A stretch of DNA of 64,000 nt, taken from NCBI GenBank assembly GCA_963741955.1, contig CAVUKB010000005.1, positions 192,001-256,000 on the forward strand, in the 5' to 3' direction. Shown piece after piece: positions 50,953 to 61,111 of the stretch. The notes under the pieces are model-generated. The model was not told the origin of the DNA. It saw only the letters and a program-made list of their open reading frames with translations, and did not search any database. The position numbers and the translations under genes were made by a program. How positions within the stretch are numbered: the first letter of the stretch is position 1; each line of letters opens with the position of its first letter. The stretch is from an uncultured Acidobacteriota bacterium. GTDB taxonomy: Bacteria > Acidobacteriota > Thermoanaerobaculia > Gp7-AA8.

Positions 50953-52688
50953 GCGATCTCCTCGATCTCTTCTTCCAGAGTCTGCCGCCGGTAGAGATCC
51001 GCATAGTAGCCGTCGATCTCCATCAGATCGTCGTGGGTTCCCCTTTCGACGATCTCGCCGCGGTCGAGGACGATGATCTCGTCCGCTTCCTTGACCGACG
51101 AGACGCGGTGGGAGACGACGAGCACCGTCCTCCCCTTCCGCAGCTGCGCGAGCGCGTGGAGAATCCGCTCCTCCGTCGCGGTATCCACCGCACTGAGGGC
51201 GTCATCGAGAATGAGAATGGTGGGATTGCGAAGGATCGCCCGGGCGATGGCGGTGCGCTGCTTCTGCCCTCCCGAAAGAGTGATTCCCCTCTCGCCGATC
51301 ACCGTCTCGAGCCCGTTCGGGAACGATCCGACGTCGTCGCTCAATCCGGCGAGCGTCGCAGCCTCTTCGGTCTCTTCCTCCGACGCGCCGGAGCGTCCGA
51401 AACGGATGTTCTCGGCGATCGACTCGGAGAAGAGGAACGTCTCCTGCGGCACGACTCCGATCATTCCGCGGAGGTGCGCCGCAGGGACACTCTCGATGGC
51501 GCACCCGTCGAGGAAGACCTTCCCCTTCGGCGGCTCCCATGTTCGCGTGATCAGCGAGAGGAGCGTCGACTTTCCGCTTCCGGTTCGCCCGACGATTCCG
51601 ACCGTCGATCCCGCACGAACATGGAGGTTGACGTTCCGGAGGACGTCGTGCGTTCCATAACTGAACGTGAGATCGCGAATCTCGATCTCCCCACGAGTCG
51701 GCAGATGCGGACATTCCGGACCGACGAACGCGGCCGCCGGAGAATGCTGCCAGATCTCGTCGAGACGCTTCATCGAAGCCATCCCGCGCTGAAAGAGGTT
51801 GATCACCCATCCGAGGGCGATCAGAGGCCACACCATCCGCCCGAGGTAGAACGTGAAGGCGACGAATGCTCCGATGGACATCGTGCCGGCGATCATCTGT
51901 CGCCCGCCGACGAAGAACACCACTACGAACATGACGCCGATCACCGTGTGGAGCAGAGGGTAGAAGAGTGCGGTGAGATGGATCAGCGAGCGGTTCCTCT
52001 CCACGTACTCCCGATTCATCCTCTTGAAGTTCTCGACCTCGTTCGACTCCTGGGTGAACGCCCGTACCACGCGGACTCCGGCGAGGTTCTCCTGCACCCG
52101 CGCGGAGATGTCGCCGAAGTAGTCCTGGACGCTCCGGAACGTCACATGGATCTTCTCGCCGAAGAACTTCGCCATACCGGCGACGACCGGGACGGCGATG
52201 GAGCAGAAGAGTGCGAGGCGCCGATCGATCCGCATCATCATCACGAATGCGCCGATCACGACCAGGAGAGAGGAGAAGGAGTGCATCACGGCCGGCCCGA
52301 CGAGCATTCGCACCGACGCGAGATCGTTCGTTGCGCGAGACATGAGATCTCCGGTGCGCTGTCCCTGGTAGAACGGCGCCGGAAGAGTCTGGAGGTGCGC
52401 GTAGAAGTCGTTGCGCATGTCGTATTCGATGCGCCGCGAGGTCCCGATCAGGATCCATCGCTGGAGATACAGGAAGATCCCCTGGATTGCCGAAGCGGCA
52501 ACGACCAGAAGAGCGTATTCGAGCATCGCCGAACGGCTGAAGCTGTGGGTGAGCTCGTCGATGCCGTTTCCGATGAGTATCGGTTTGACGAGGGAGAACG
52601 CAGCCGAGCCGACCACACAGAGACCGCCGGTGAAGAGCGCCAACCTGTGGCGGCTGAAGTAGCTGAGGAGTCTTCTTCCCGGAGTCAT
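50949..52688 (-). CDS. ABC exporter, fused permease/ATPase (heterodimer partner, MdlA/YheI-like)
   Basis: GRTGSGKS, LSGGQKQR, LDDALS, VSHR. Confidence 0.94.
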   Translation of the reverse strand: MTPGRRLLSYFSRHRLALFTGGLCVVGSAAFSLVKPILIGNGIDELTHSFSRSAMLEYALLVVAASAIQGIFLYLQRWILIGTSRRIEYDMRNDFYAHLQTLPAPFYQGQRTGDLMSRATNDLASVRMLVGPAVMHSFSSLLVVIGAFVMMMRIDRRLALFCSIAVPVVAGMAKFFGEKIHVTFRSVQDYFGDISARVQENLAGVRVVRAFTQESNEVENFKRMNREYVERNRSLIHLTALFYPLLHTVIGVMFVVVFFVGGRQMIAGTMSIGAFVAFTFYLGRMVWPLIALGWVINLFQRGMASMKRLDEIWQHSPAAAFVGPECPHLPTRGEIEIRDLTFSYGTHDVLRNVNLHVRAGSTVGIVGRTGSGKSTLLSLITRTWEPPKGKVFLDGCAIESVPAAHLRGMIGVVPQETFLFSESIAENIRFGRSGASEEETEEAATLAGLSDDVGSFPNGLETVIGERGITLSGGQKQRTAIARAILRNPTILILDDALSAVDTATEERILHALAQLRKGRTVLVVSHRVSSVKEADEIIVLDRGEIVERGTHDDLMEIDGYYADLYRRQTLEEEIEEIA

Positions 52689-52813
52689 GACCTCTCCAAT
52701 AATCGCCCGGCTGCCGGTTTTATGCCTCGTGCACGTCAGCTGTGACGGAACTCTTCAGGAGCGCGGCGAGCCTGGAATTCACCCGCGCCGCAGCGCGAAG
52801 AACGAGCACCCTC

Positions 52814-53179
52814 TCATCCGCGCAGCGGAATCTTCCGAAGCTCCTGCAGCGTGATCCGCAGGACGCTCTCGAGAGTGAATCCCTTCGGAAATGCGTGGGG
52901 AACCCGGATTCCCGCTCCCATCATCTCCAGAAAATCGACCGGAGGTCTGCGTCGCGCCAGGGCGAGCAGAAGTTTGCGGGGGAGCTCTTCGCGATCGTGG
53001 ATCGACAGATGCAGCGGCTGAATATAGTAGCCGAAGTGCATGCTCTCGAGGGCCGGCCTTCCTGCAGCGTATTCCGGAAGTGTCACGTCCATCGAGAGCG
53101 AGCCCAGAATCCAGTTCTCGCGGCCGAATTCGCCTCGCCAGAACTCCTCCTCCTCGGACGTCAGTCTTTCGATGCGCAT
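52814..53179 (-). CDS. Hypothetical protein
   Basis: 121-aa ORF co-oriented with neighbours; protein-like composition. Confidence 0.6.
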   Translation of the reverse strand: MRIERLTSEEEEFWRGEFGRENWILGSLSMDVTLPEYAAGRPALESMHFGYYIQPLHLSIHDREELPRKLLLALARRRPPVDFLEMMGAGIRVPHAFPKGFTLESVLRITLQELRKIPLRG

Positions 53180-53216
53180 GATGGATCTGTGGTTGCCGGC
53201 GCGCGTCGCCCGCGCG

Positions 53217-53486
53217 TCAGCGTTTGAGATTGCGGAGGCCGTCGACGATCTCGCGGAGCTTCGTCTCGTGAAACGCCATCAGCGCGTGTTGAAGCTCGGC
53301 CTCGTCGACACCGGAGAGATCTCCCTGATAGACCTTCTTCAGCGCGCCGCCGAGATAGACCTTCGTCTCCGCGCGCCAGGCCGGCCGATGGAAGAACTCC
53401 GTCTGGACGGTCAGCTTCTTGTCCGAGACGTCGATCGTATCGACGCGACCGGTCGGTGAGGATCCGGGAGGTTTCGGCTCATCCAC
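53217..53486 (-). CDS. Small hypothetical protein
   Basis: 89 aa; LTVQTEF...ETKVYLGG...FHE; TACCAT box 6 nt before GTG. Confidence 0.7.
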   Translation of the reverse strand: MDEPKPPGSSPTGRVDTIDVSDKKLTVQTEFFHRPAWRAETKVYLGGALKKVYQGDLSGVDEAELQHALMAFHETKLREIVDGLRNLKR

Positions 53487-53504
53487 TCGGCTATGGTAGC
53501 CGAA

Positions 53505-54695
53505 TCAACCTCGTCCGACCAGATCGCGGTGAACGCTCCGCCTGCATTTGGCCTCCGCGCGCGCCTCGATCTGCCGGACGCGCTCGCGGGAGAGGTTGAG
53601 AATCTCGCCGATGTCGCGCAGGGTGAGCTCCTCGTCCTGGAGGATGCCGTAGCGGAGCTGCAGGACGGTGCGTTCTTCGAGATCGAGCGCCGCCACCGCG
53701 GTCTGGACCGCGCCGTGCTGTTTCAGCTCCTCGAGCGTGTCGGCCCGTTCGGGATCGATCGCCTGAACCCAGTCGGGAGGGAGGTCGCCGAGCGCGACCC
53801 AGAAGGTCCAGGAAGCCTTCGAATTCGGGTTGGTGAAGAGGAGGAGGTGCGAGAGCTCCGTCTCACTGATTCGCAGCGTCTCGCACATCTGCCTGATCGC
53901 GGAGTCGAGGAGCTGCGCGACCTCTTCCACCGGACGGTTGAGGAACTCGCCGATCCGTCGGATCTTCATCGGGACGTTGTCACTCACTCCATGCCGCAAG
54001 GTCAGAACCAGCCGCTCCTTCGGCGAGAGCTTGGCGATCCGGTCGAGGAGGTCTTCCCGCGCCGATTGCTCTTCCAGCTCGTCTTCGGCCGACGGTACGG
54101 TGGTCTGCTCGATGAGGTCCGAAAGTTCGGTGTGGCTCTCGTTGTCGAGCTCGGAACTGAGAGAGAAATTCTCCGCGTTCACGTGGAGAAGGGTCTGCAC
54201 GTCGCGGAGCGGGACGCCGAGCTCCGCCGCCAGCTCGTCGGGCGTGGGGATGCGATTCTGCTCGGTCATGGCCGTCGCCATCGCCTTCGAGAGGCGATAC
54301 ATCAGGTTCGCCCGTTTCGGGGGGAGCCGGAACGCGCCGCCCTGCTCGGAAAGGGCGTGAAGAATCGCCTGACGGATCCACCAGACCGCGTAGGTGATGA
54401 ACTTGACGTTCTTGTCGGGATCGAATTTCTTCGCCGCGTGGATCAGCCCGATGTTTCCCTCGTTGATGAGATCGAGAAAGAGAACGTGGGCGTTGCGGAA
54501 GCGTTTGGCGTACGAGACGACGAAGCGAAGGTTCGCCTTGACCAGCTGTTCGAGCGCCTTGCTGTCGTTCTCCTGAACCCGTCGCCCGAGCTCTTTCTCT
54601 TCGTCGGGGTTCAGCCGCGGAATCCGTGCGATCTCCTGCAGATACTGGTTGAGGAGATCGTACGAATCGTCATAGCGATCGTCTTTTCGAGACAT
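53505..54695 (-). CDS. Sigma-70 family (RpoD/RpoS-like) sigma factor with two region-4 domains
   Basis: YLQEI, ANLRFVV, DLINEGNIGL, TYAVWWIRQ, TLRDIG...SRERVRQIE. Confidence 0.92.
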   Translation of the reverse strand: MSRKDDRYDDSYDLLNQYLQEIARIPRLNPDEEKELGRRVQENDSKALEQLVKANLRFVVSYAKRFRNAHVLFLDLINEGNIGLIHAAKKFDPDKNVKFITYAVWWIRQAILHALSEQGGAFRLPPKRANLMYRLSKAMATAMTEQNRIPTPDELAAELGVPLRDVQTLLHVNAENFSLSSELDNESHTELSDLIEQTTVPSAEDELEEQSAREDLLDRIAKLSPKERLVLTLRHGVSDNVPMKIRRIGEFLNRPVEEVAQLLDSAIRQMCETLRISETELSHLLLFTNPNSKASWTFWVALGDLPPDWVQAIDPERADTLEELKQHGAVQTAVAALDLEERTVLQLRYGILQDEELTLRDIGEILNLSRERVRQIEARAEAKCRRSVHRDLVGRG

Positions 54696-54848
54696 GGGCC
54701 CTCATTTAACGGGAGTGTCCAGATTGTATAACGAGGAACCAAGTCGGCGAGTCGCAATTTGAAATCCAGACTGCAAGGTTGAGAATCTCAACGGCGGACG
54801 GCGGACGGCGGAGCAGGCGGCGGATCGCCGTCCGCCCCGCCGCTGAAA

Positions 54849-55607
54849 CTAACGTGGGTTATCGGGACGAACCATCGTAACATGCTGCGTGACGTCGTTC
54901 GTTACGCTGACGAACGCCCAAAAACGCAGGCCGGGAGTCACTGGCTCAACCGAGATCCTCACGGTCTCTGCGCTTCGAAGGTGCGGATAGATCGCCGCAA
55001 CGTCGATCATCCGAGCCTGCGGAGGTCGGTACGCCGAATTCGTGCTCAACGTGACCGGCACCTCCGCGAGCAGCTCGTCCGTAATCATGTCATAGAAACG
55101 GACCCGCACATCGCTGCGGAGACGGATGTCGTAGTCGTAGATCCGGAGAGTGGAACGAAAGGCCGGACTGGTGGGAACGTTGAGGAGTCCCAGCGTGCGC
55201 GTAAACGTATCGCCCTGTCGCACGATGGGTAGCTCGGTTCCCCAAGTTTCCGCCGGCCTTGAAACGTCCTGGATCCGCGCGTCGAGAGACACCTCATCGC
55301 TACCCGGATTTTCGATGTAGACAAATGCGCCCAACCCGGCCGCGTCGGAAAGATTGAGTTCAAACGTCGAATGGGGCTGAGCCGGTGGCGTCGGACACTC
55401 GATGTTGCAATCGAAAGGCTCTGATACCTTCACGTAGGCGTCGCCGTCGTTCCGTCCGACGATGACGAGTTTCCATTCCGATCCATAGCCTCCCGGCAGC
55501 AGCCCCGAAAAGACGGTTGGAATAATGACCCGCTCCGGTGCAGCTGGTTGCGACCATGCCGAGACTGCAGTGGCGCAAAGGACCAGACCGATGGCAATGC
55601 GTCTCAC
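54849..55607 (-). CDS. Secreted hypothetical protein
   Basis: Signal peptide; GGAGGAG RBS; PGGYGSEW, GTELPIVR, WAFVSVTND. Confidence 0.75.
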   Translation of the reverse strand: MRRIAIGLVLCATAVSAWSQPAAPERVIIPTVFSGLLPGGYGSEWKLVIVGRNDGDAYVKVSEPFDCNIECPTPPAQPHSTFELNLSDAAGLGAFVYIENPGSDEVSLDARIQDVSRPAETWGTELPIVRQGDTFTRTLGLLNVPTSPAFRSTLRIYDYDIRLRSDVRVRFYDMITDELLAEVPVTLSTNSAYRPPQARMIDVAAIYPHLRSAETVRISVEPVTPGLRFWAFVSVTNDVTQHVTMVRPDNPR

Positions 55608-56669
55608 GGTTTGACTCCTCCAGACCTACGGGCAGTCGTAGCTATTCGCAATCGGCGCTTGTCAGCTCCCTGCTGCAACCCACCCACGGTGATCGCCTGC
55701 GTCGAGGCCGCTGGCGAATACCAGGTCGCATCGTCGTTGTAATTCCCAGCAGCCACGACAACCGTCATTCCATAGTTCGTCACCAGCGAATCGACCGCTG
55801 CGGTGACTGAAGGCACATATAGGTAGGTCCAGCTGCAGTTCACCACGCGGGCTGAGATTCCCCTGTTCGGATCCATCGGAATCCAATTCAGCGCGGTAAT
55901 GATCACCGATACAGACTGCTGATTCCCCGAACAACCGAATGCCCGGGCATCCACCACTGTCGCGCTCTTCGCCACTCCAAATGTCGATCCGGCGACAACA
56001 CCCGCGACGGCAGTTCCGTGGCTCGCTCCGGGAGTCGTGACGGTGCCTGCAGTTCGCTCCCAGCATTGACCGTAATTCAGGAAGTTGACCTCCGGAATAT
56101 TCATCGCGAGCAGAGTGGACTTCAGGCTCGGAGCCGGGTCGACGCGGCCATCCAGGTCGGGATGGTTTGACAGCACGCCGGTGTCTACAACGTAGATTCG
56201 AACCCCGCTCCGGTCGAGCAATACGAGTAAGCCCCATTTGTCCTCGGTGCGCCGATACTCGCCTGGTCGATCCTGTCCAGGCCCCACATCGTGGCCGGCG
56301 TACCCGGCGCGATAGGTCCGGATGGAAGAGTCTGGGTGGTAGCGAGGCTCACGAGCCCATCCTCCTCGACAGACTTGACCCATGTGTGTTTCGAGATCGC
56401 CACTGCCTGCGCTTCTGACATTCGAATCACGAAACCATCGAACAGGTTGGGCCACTCGGTGATCACTGACCCGCCGAAGGTCTTCGCCAGCTTGTCAGCA
56501 GCAGAATGGAGCGATAGTCCTTTCGGAAGAGGAGAATTCAACGTGACGATATACCGTCCAGGGATCGGGGCGGATACATGATAGAGCGATCCGGAAGCGA
56601 AGATGTGGAGAGAGAAGAGAGAGAGAGAGAGACTACAGAGACCATAATGAACCTGCTGCGATGAAACAT
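55604..56669 (-). pseudogene. Disrupted S8 subtilase (proteinase K/aqualysin-like) with I9 propeptide
   Basis: Pieces in three frames: RBS-ATG 56669; YIVTL...WGLDRIDQ; YVVDTGV, HGTAVAG, VAAGN; no GTSMA serine motif. Confidence 0.85.
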
Positions 56670-56879
56670 CTGCGACCTCCTGTGTCGGGATGCCGCCTCC
56701 TCCGCTTGCCGAGAATATACTCGGACTTGACCGGAAACACAAGGAGTAACTAAACGTCTGTTCACTGTCGGCTTCAGCGTGCGCAATTGGGTCATGAAGG
56801 TCACCGAAGCGAGGAGGCGATTTTCGCCGTCCACCATTCTCGGCGAGTTCACCTCGTATAACTCGAAGCGGCGTTCAAG

Positions 56880-57260
56880 CTACTTTCCCGCCTTCTGCAC
56901 GCCGCGCGGGCCGACCCTCACCAGAGCCTGCCGGCGATCGAGGCCGCAGCGCCGGTCGAGCATCTCCTGGCGGATGAAGGTCATGATCTCGTCGATCTCC
57001 ATCTCGAACGCGCGCATCTGGCGGAGGAGGTTGAGGATCACTTCCACTCCGGCGAGGTTCACGCCGAGATCGCGGGTCAGTCGGAGGATGAGCTCGAGCT
57101 GCTTGATCTCATCGGGGCCGTAGAGTCGGGTGTTCCCCTGAGTACGATGGGGGTTGATCAGACCCTCCCTCTCGTACAGACGGAGAGTCTGGGGGTGAAT
57201 GTTGTAGCGCTCCGCGATGATGGAGATCATCACGAAGCCTTCGCGTTTTCTTCGAACCAT
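56880..57260 (-). CDS. hspR: MerR-family heat-shock repressor
   Basis: IHPQTLRLYEREGL, RTQGNTRLY, LGVNLAG; lies downstream of dnaK. Confidence 0.88.
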   Translation of the reverse strand: MVRRKREGFVMISIIAERYNIHPQTLRLYEREGLINPHRTQGNTRLYGPDEIKQLELILRLTRDLGVNLAGVEVILNLLRQMRAFEMEIDEIMTFIRQEMLDRRCGLDRRQALVRVGPRGVQKAGK

Positions 57261-57304
57261 ACGATGCAGCGCGGGCGGGAATCACTCCCCGCCCGCGGGT
57301 CTCA

Positions 57305-59206
57305 TTACTTTTCTTCGTCGACGACTTCGGCTTCGATCACGTCGTCTTCCGGTTTCTTCCCGCCGCTCTCCGCTCCGCCGGCTTCCGGGCCTCCGCCCTG
57401 CTGCTGTCCGGTCTGCGAGTACATCGTTTCGGCGAGCTTGTGCGACGCCTTCTGCAGCGCGTCGGTCGCCCGGCGGATCTCGTCGACACCGCCCTGCTCC
57501 ATCGCTTTCCGCGCGTCGCTGATCGCCGCTTCGAGAGTGCTGACATCCGAGCCGGAGAGCTTCTCCCGGTTCTCGCTCAGCATCTTGTCGATGTTGTAGA
57601 TCAGCGAGTCGAGATTGTTCTTCGCCTCGACTTCCTCGCGCCGGCGTTTGTCTTCGTCGGCGTGCGCCTCGGCGTCGTGGATGAGATTGTCGACTTCGCC
57701 CTTCGACAGACCGGAGGAGCTGGTGATGGTGATCTTCTGCTCCTTCCCGGTGCCGAGGTCCTTCGCCGAGACGTTCATGATGCCGTTGGCGTCGATGTCG
57801 AACGTCACCTCGATCTGCGGCACCCCGCGAGGAGCGGGCATGATTCCGCTGAGCTGGAAGTTGCCGAGCAGCTTGTTGTGCGCGGCGATGTCGCGCTCAC
57901 CCTGGTAGACCTTGATGTCGACCGTCGACTGGTTGTCGGCCGCAGTGGAGAAGGTCTCCGACTTGCGGGTCGGGATGGTGGTGTTCCGTTCGATCAGCTT
58001 CGTCATCACGCCGCCGAGGGTCTCGATGCCGAGCGAGAGCGGAGTGACGTCGAGGAGAAGAACATCCTTGACCTCACCTCCGAGAACGCCGCCCTGGATC
58101 GCGGCGCCGACGGCCACGACTTCGTCCGGGTTGACGCCCTTGTGGGGCTCCTTCCCGAAGTACTCGGTGACCACGCGCTGGACCATCGGGATGCGGGTCG
58201 AGCCGCCGACGAGAACGACCTCGTCGATGTCCTTCTGCTGCAGCCCGGCGTCGGAGAGTGCCTGCTTCACCGGGCCCATGGTGCGCTGAATGATGTCGCC
58301 GACCAACTGCTCGAACTTCGCCCGGGTGAGGGTCATGTTCAGGTGCTTCGGTCCCGACTGATCCGCGGTGATGAACGGAAGGTTGATGTCGGTCGACATG
58401 GTCGAGGAGAGCTCGATCTTCGCCTTCTCGGCCGCTTCCTTGAGGCGCTGGAGCGCCATCTTGTCGCTGGAGAGATCGATACCCTGGTCTTTCTTGTACT
58501 CGTCGATGATCCAGTCGATCAGGCGCTGGTCGACGTTGTCGCCGCCGAGGTGCGTGTCGCCGTTGGTCGACTTGACCTCGACCACGCCCTCGCCGACTTC
58601 GAGGATGGAGATGTCGAACGTCCCGCCGCCGAAATCGTACACGGCGATGGTCTCGTCCTTCTTGCGATCGAGACCGTACGCGAGTGCTGCGGCAGTCGGT
58701 TCGTTGACCAGTCGCTCGACCTTCAGCCCGGCGATCTCACCGGCGTCCTTCGTGGCCTGGCGCTGTGAGTCGTTGAAGTAGGCCGGAACGGTGATGACTG
58801 CCCGCTCGACCTTCTCGCCGAGATAATCTTCGGCGGCCTGCCGGAGCTTCTGAAGGATCATGGCGGAGATCTCGGGCGGCGAGAACATCTTGTCGTCGAT
58901 CTCCACGCGTGCGTCCCCGTTCGGTGCCTTCGACACCTTGTAGGGGACCATCTTCATCTCTTCGTTGACCTCTTCGTAGCGGCGACCCATGAAGCGCTTG
59001 ATGGAAAAGATGGTGCGCTCGGGGTTGGTGATGGCCTGACGCTTGGCGACCTGACCGACCAGCCGCTCGCCATTCTTGGCAAATGCGACCACGGACGGGG
59101 TGATGCGGCTCCCCTCCGCGTTCAGAATGACCGTCGGCTGATTCCCCTCCATGACCGCGACGACGGAGTTCGTCGTCCCGAGGTCGATTCCGATGATCTT
59201 GCTCAT
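57305..59206 (-). CDS. dnaK: Chaperone DnaK (Hsp70)
   Basis: [34 protein letters not shown]. Confidence 0.99.
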   Translation of the reverse strand: MSKIIGIDLGTTNSVVAVMEGNQPTVILNAEGSRITPSVVAFAKNGERLVGQVAKRQAITNPERTIFSIKRFMGRRYEEVNEEMKMVPYKVSKAPNGDARVEIDDKMFSPPEISAMILQKLRQAAEDYLGEKVERAVITVPAYFNDSQRQATKDAGEIAGLKVERLVNEPTAAALAYGLDRKKDETIAVYDFGGGTFDISILEVGEGVVEVKSTNGDTHLGGDNVDQRLIDWIIDEYKKDQGIDLSSDKMALQRLKEAAEKAKIELSSTMSTDINLPFITADQSGPKHLNMTLTRAKFEQLVGDIIQRTMGPVKQALSDAGLQQKDIDEVVLVGGSTRIPMVQRVVTEYFGKEPHKGVNPDEVVAVGAAIQGGVLGGEVKDVLLLDVTPLSLGIETLGGVMTKLIERNTTIPTRKSETFSTAADNQSTVDIKVYQGERDIAAHNKLLGNFQLSGIMPAPRGVPQIEVTFDIDANGIMNVSAKDLGTGKEQKITITSSSGLSKGEVDNLIHDAEAHADEDKRRREEVEAKNNLDSLIYNIDKMLSENREKLSGSDVSTLEAAISDARKAMEQGGVDEIRRATDALQKASHKLAETMYSQTGQQQGGGPEAGGAESGGKKPEDDVIEAEVVDEEK

Positions 59207-59244
59207 TCTGTCGTCTCCTTGATTGTTCTCAACTCCGGACCGCT

Positions 59245-59265
59245 ATTGAGTCTACACGAATCAAC
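59245..59265. promoter_or_regulatory. HAIR-like HspR operator
   Basis: ATTGAGT-N7-AATCAAC versus consensus CTTGAGT-N7-ACTCAAG, ~40 bp upstream of dnaK. Confidence 0.7.
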
Positions 59266-59401
59266 CTTACGGTCAACTGTCAAAACCTGAGTCCCCAACC
59301 ATAAATTTCAAGAATGTCGCGTCCAGGATGGTTCGCTTGGCCTGCGAATAATCTGCTCGAAATGCTGTTATCCAACTGCAGAAAACTGCAGGAGTTATTC
59401 C

Positions 59402-60109
59402 ATGAATCGATTCTCGACGGACCCCATGAACCAGTGGACAGATGCAGGGGCGATCGCCTCGAAAGAACGCGAGAGGAGCTTCCTCCGGTCGGTTTACGGC
59501 TGGATGTTCGGAGGGCTCCTCCTGAGCGCCGTGTCGGCGTTCTGGGTCGTCTCCTCCCCCATCGCCCGTCAGCTCATTTTCGGAAATCGGGTCGTCCCGA
59601 TCCTCCTGATGGTCGCGACTCTCGGCCTGGTCTTTTTCCTCTCCATGAGAATCCAGAAGATGTCTCCCGGGGTCGCCGCGGGCAGCTTCTTCCTCTTCGC
59701 GGTCCTCAACGGACTCGCTCTCAGCTCGATTCTTCTCATGTACACCGCATCCTCGGTCGCTCAGACGTTCGTGATCGCCGGCGGGATGTTCGGGGCGATG
59801 AGCGTCTACGGATTCGTCACCCGGAGGGACCTGACCTCCTGGGGCTCCTTTTTCTTCATGGGGCTGATCGGAATCCTGATCGCGATGGTGGTGAATTTCT
59901 TCTTCCACTCCAGCGCCCTCTCCGGAGCGATCAGCATTCTCGGCGTCTTCATCTTCCTCGGCCTTACCGCCTGGGACACCCAGCGGCTGAAGAAGATGGC
60001 ACACGCGGGGGGTGGGACGAACCTCGCGGTGATCGGAGCCCTGTCACTCTATCTCGACTTCATCAACCTCTTCCTCTTCCTCCTTCGCCTTCTCGGCGAC
60101 CGGAGATGA
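59402..60109 (+). CDS. Bax inhibitor-1/YccA family membrane protein
   Basis: FLRSVYGWM, AWDTQRLK, ALSLYLDFINLF. Confidence 0.93.
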   Translation: MNRFSTDPMNQWTDAGAIASKERERSFLRSVYGWMFGGLLLSAVSAFWVVSSPIARQLIFGNRVVPILLMVATLGLVFFLSMRIQKMSPGVAAGSFFLFAVLNGLALSSILLMYTASSVAQTFVIAGGMFGAMSVYGFVTRRDLTSWGSFFFMGLIGILIAMVVNFFFHSSALSGAISILGVFIFLGLTAWDTQRLKKMAHAGGGTNLAVIGALSLYLDFINLFLFLLRLLGDRR

Positions 60110-60140
60110 TCACCCGCCTCTGACGCGAAGGTTGGTACGC

Positions 60141-60168
60141 GAAAAGCCGCCCCCGGGGGCGGCTTTTC
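60141..60168. terminator. Bidirectional terminator
   Basis: GAAAAGCCGCCCCCGGGGGCGGCTTTTC perfect inverted repeat. Confidence 0.88.
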
Positions 60169-60222
60169 TGCGTCTGGCCGGTGGCGACGCCGGCTCGAGT
60201 GGTGTGGAGATGTTCGCCGCTT

Positions 60223-60822
60223 CTATTTGAGGCGACCGTTGACCGTATCCCAGTCGATGTTCGAGAAGAAGGCCTCGATGTACTTGCCGCGCTCCGCAGG
60301 CTTGTAGTCGAGAAGGTACGCGTGCTCCCAGACGTCCATCACCAGGACCGGCTTGTAGCCGGCGACATTCCCCTGCTCGTGCTCCGCCACCCAGTGATTC
60401 GAGAGGCGGCCACTACGCGGGTCCTGCAGGCAGAGAGCCCAGCCGATACCGCGAAGCTTTCCGGTGCTGGCGAAGTCGTTCTTCCAGTTCGCGTAGCTGT
60501 CGAACGACTGTTCCGCGAGCTTCTGGAAAGCTGACCCCTTCTCCGGATCTCCCCCACCCTGCTTCTTCATGTTCTCGAAATAGTACTCGTGCAGAACCAT
60601 GCCGTTGTACTCGAATCCGAAGCGCCGCTTGAGCTCCGAGTACACCACCATGTTCTGATCGATCGAGCCCTTCGAGACCATCTCCCAGGTCTTCTCGTTC
60701 AGGGTGTTCGTGTTGTTGACATAGCCCTGGTAGAGCTTGAAATGCATCTCCAGCGTCTGATCGGAAATGCCATTGAGCCCGCTCAGATTGAAATCCTTCG
60801 CCTTGTATGCTTCGTACGCCAT
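60223..60822 (-). CDS. Fe/Mn superoxide dismutase family protein
   Basis: EMHF, LHEYYF, DVWEHAY metal ligands. Confidence 0.92.
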   Translation of the reverse strand: MAYEAYKAKDFNLSGLNGISDQTLEMHFKLYQGYVNNTNTLNEKTWEMVSKGSIDQNMVVYSELKRRFGFEYNGMVLHEYYFENMKKQGGGDPEKGSAFQKLAEQSFDSYANWKNDFASTGKLRGIGWALCLQDPRSGRLSNHWVAEHEQGNVAGYKPVLVMDVWEHAYLLDYKPAERGKYIEAFFSNIDWDTVNGRLK

Positions 60823-61111
60823 GTCGAGACTCCTCCTCCTTGAATTCCGCTGCTTCGAAGCCGTGCTTCGTCGGTGATCTCTGCGTGATTGGGCCGCGGA
60901 CCGGCTCGTGCTGCCGTTCCGGGCTCTGCAAAACCCGATCCCGCGTCCCCTTCCTCATACCGCATCCGTGACGGCGGCGCAACCGCGACAGGGGAAGAAA
61001 AGGAAAGACTTGACCCGATTCGGCACCTCCTCGTTTCGAACCTCGGCCCCGCCGCGATATGCCGTCTCCCTCCGGGCAAAGCCGCCGGGTCGCACGTCGC
61101 GCCGTCAGGAG

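Noticed and set aside
48562-58768. Long antisense ORFs (48562-50994, 51033-52745, 53493-54731, 57440-58768)
   Set aside because: They are typical high-GC shadow frames opposite well-supported genes and carry no motifs.
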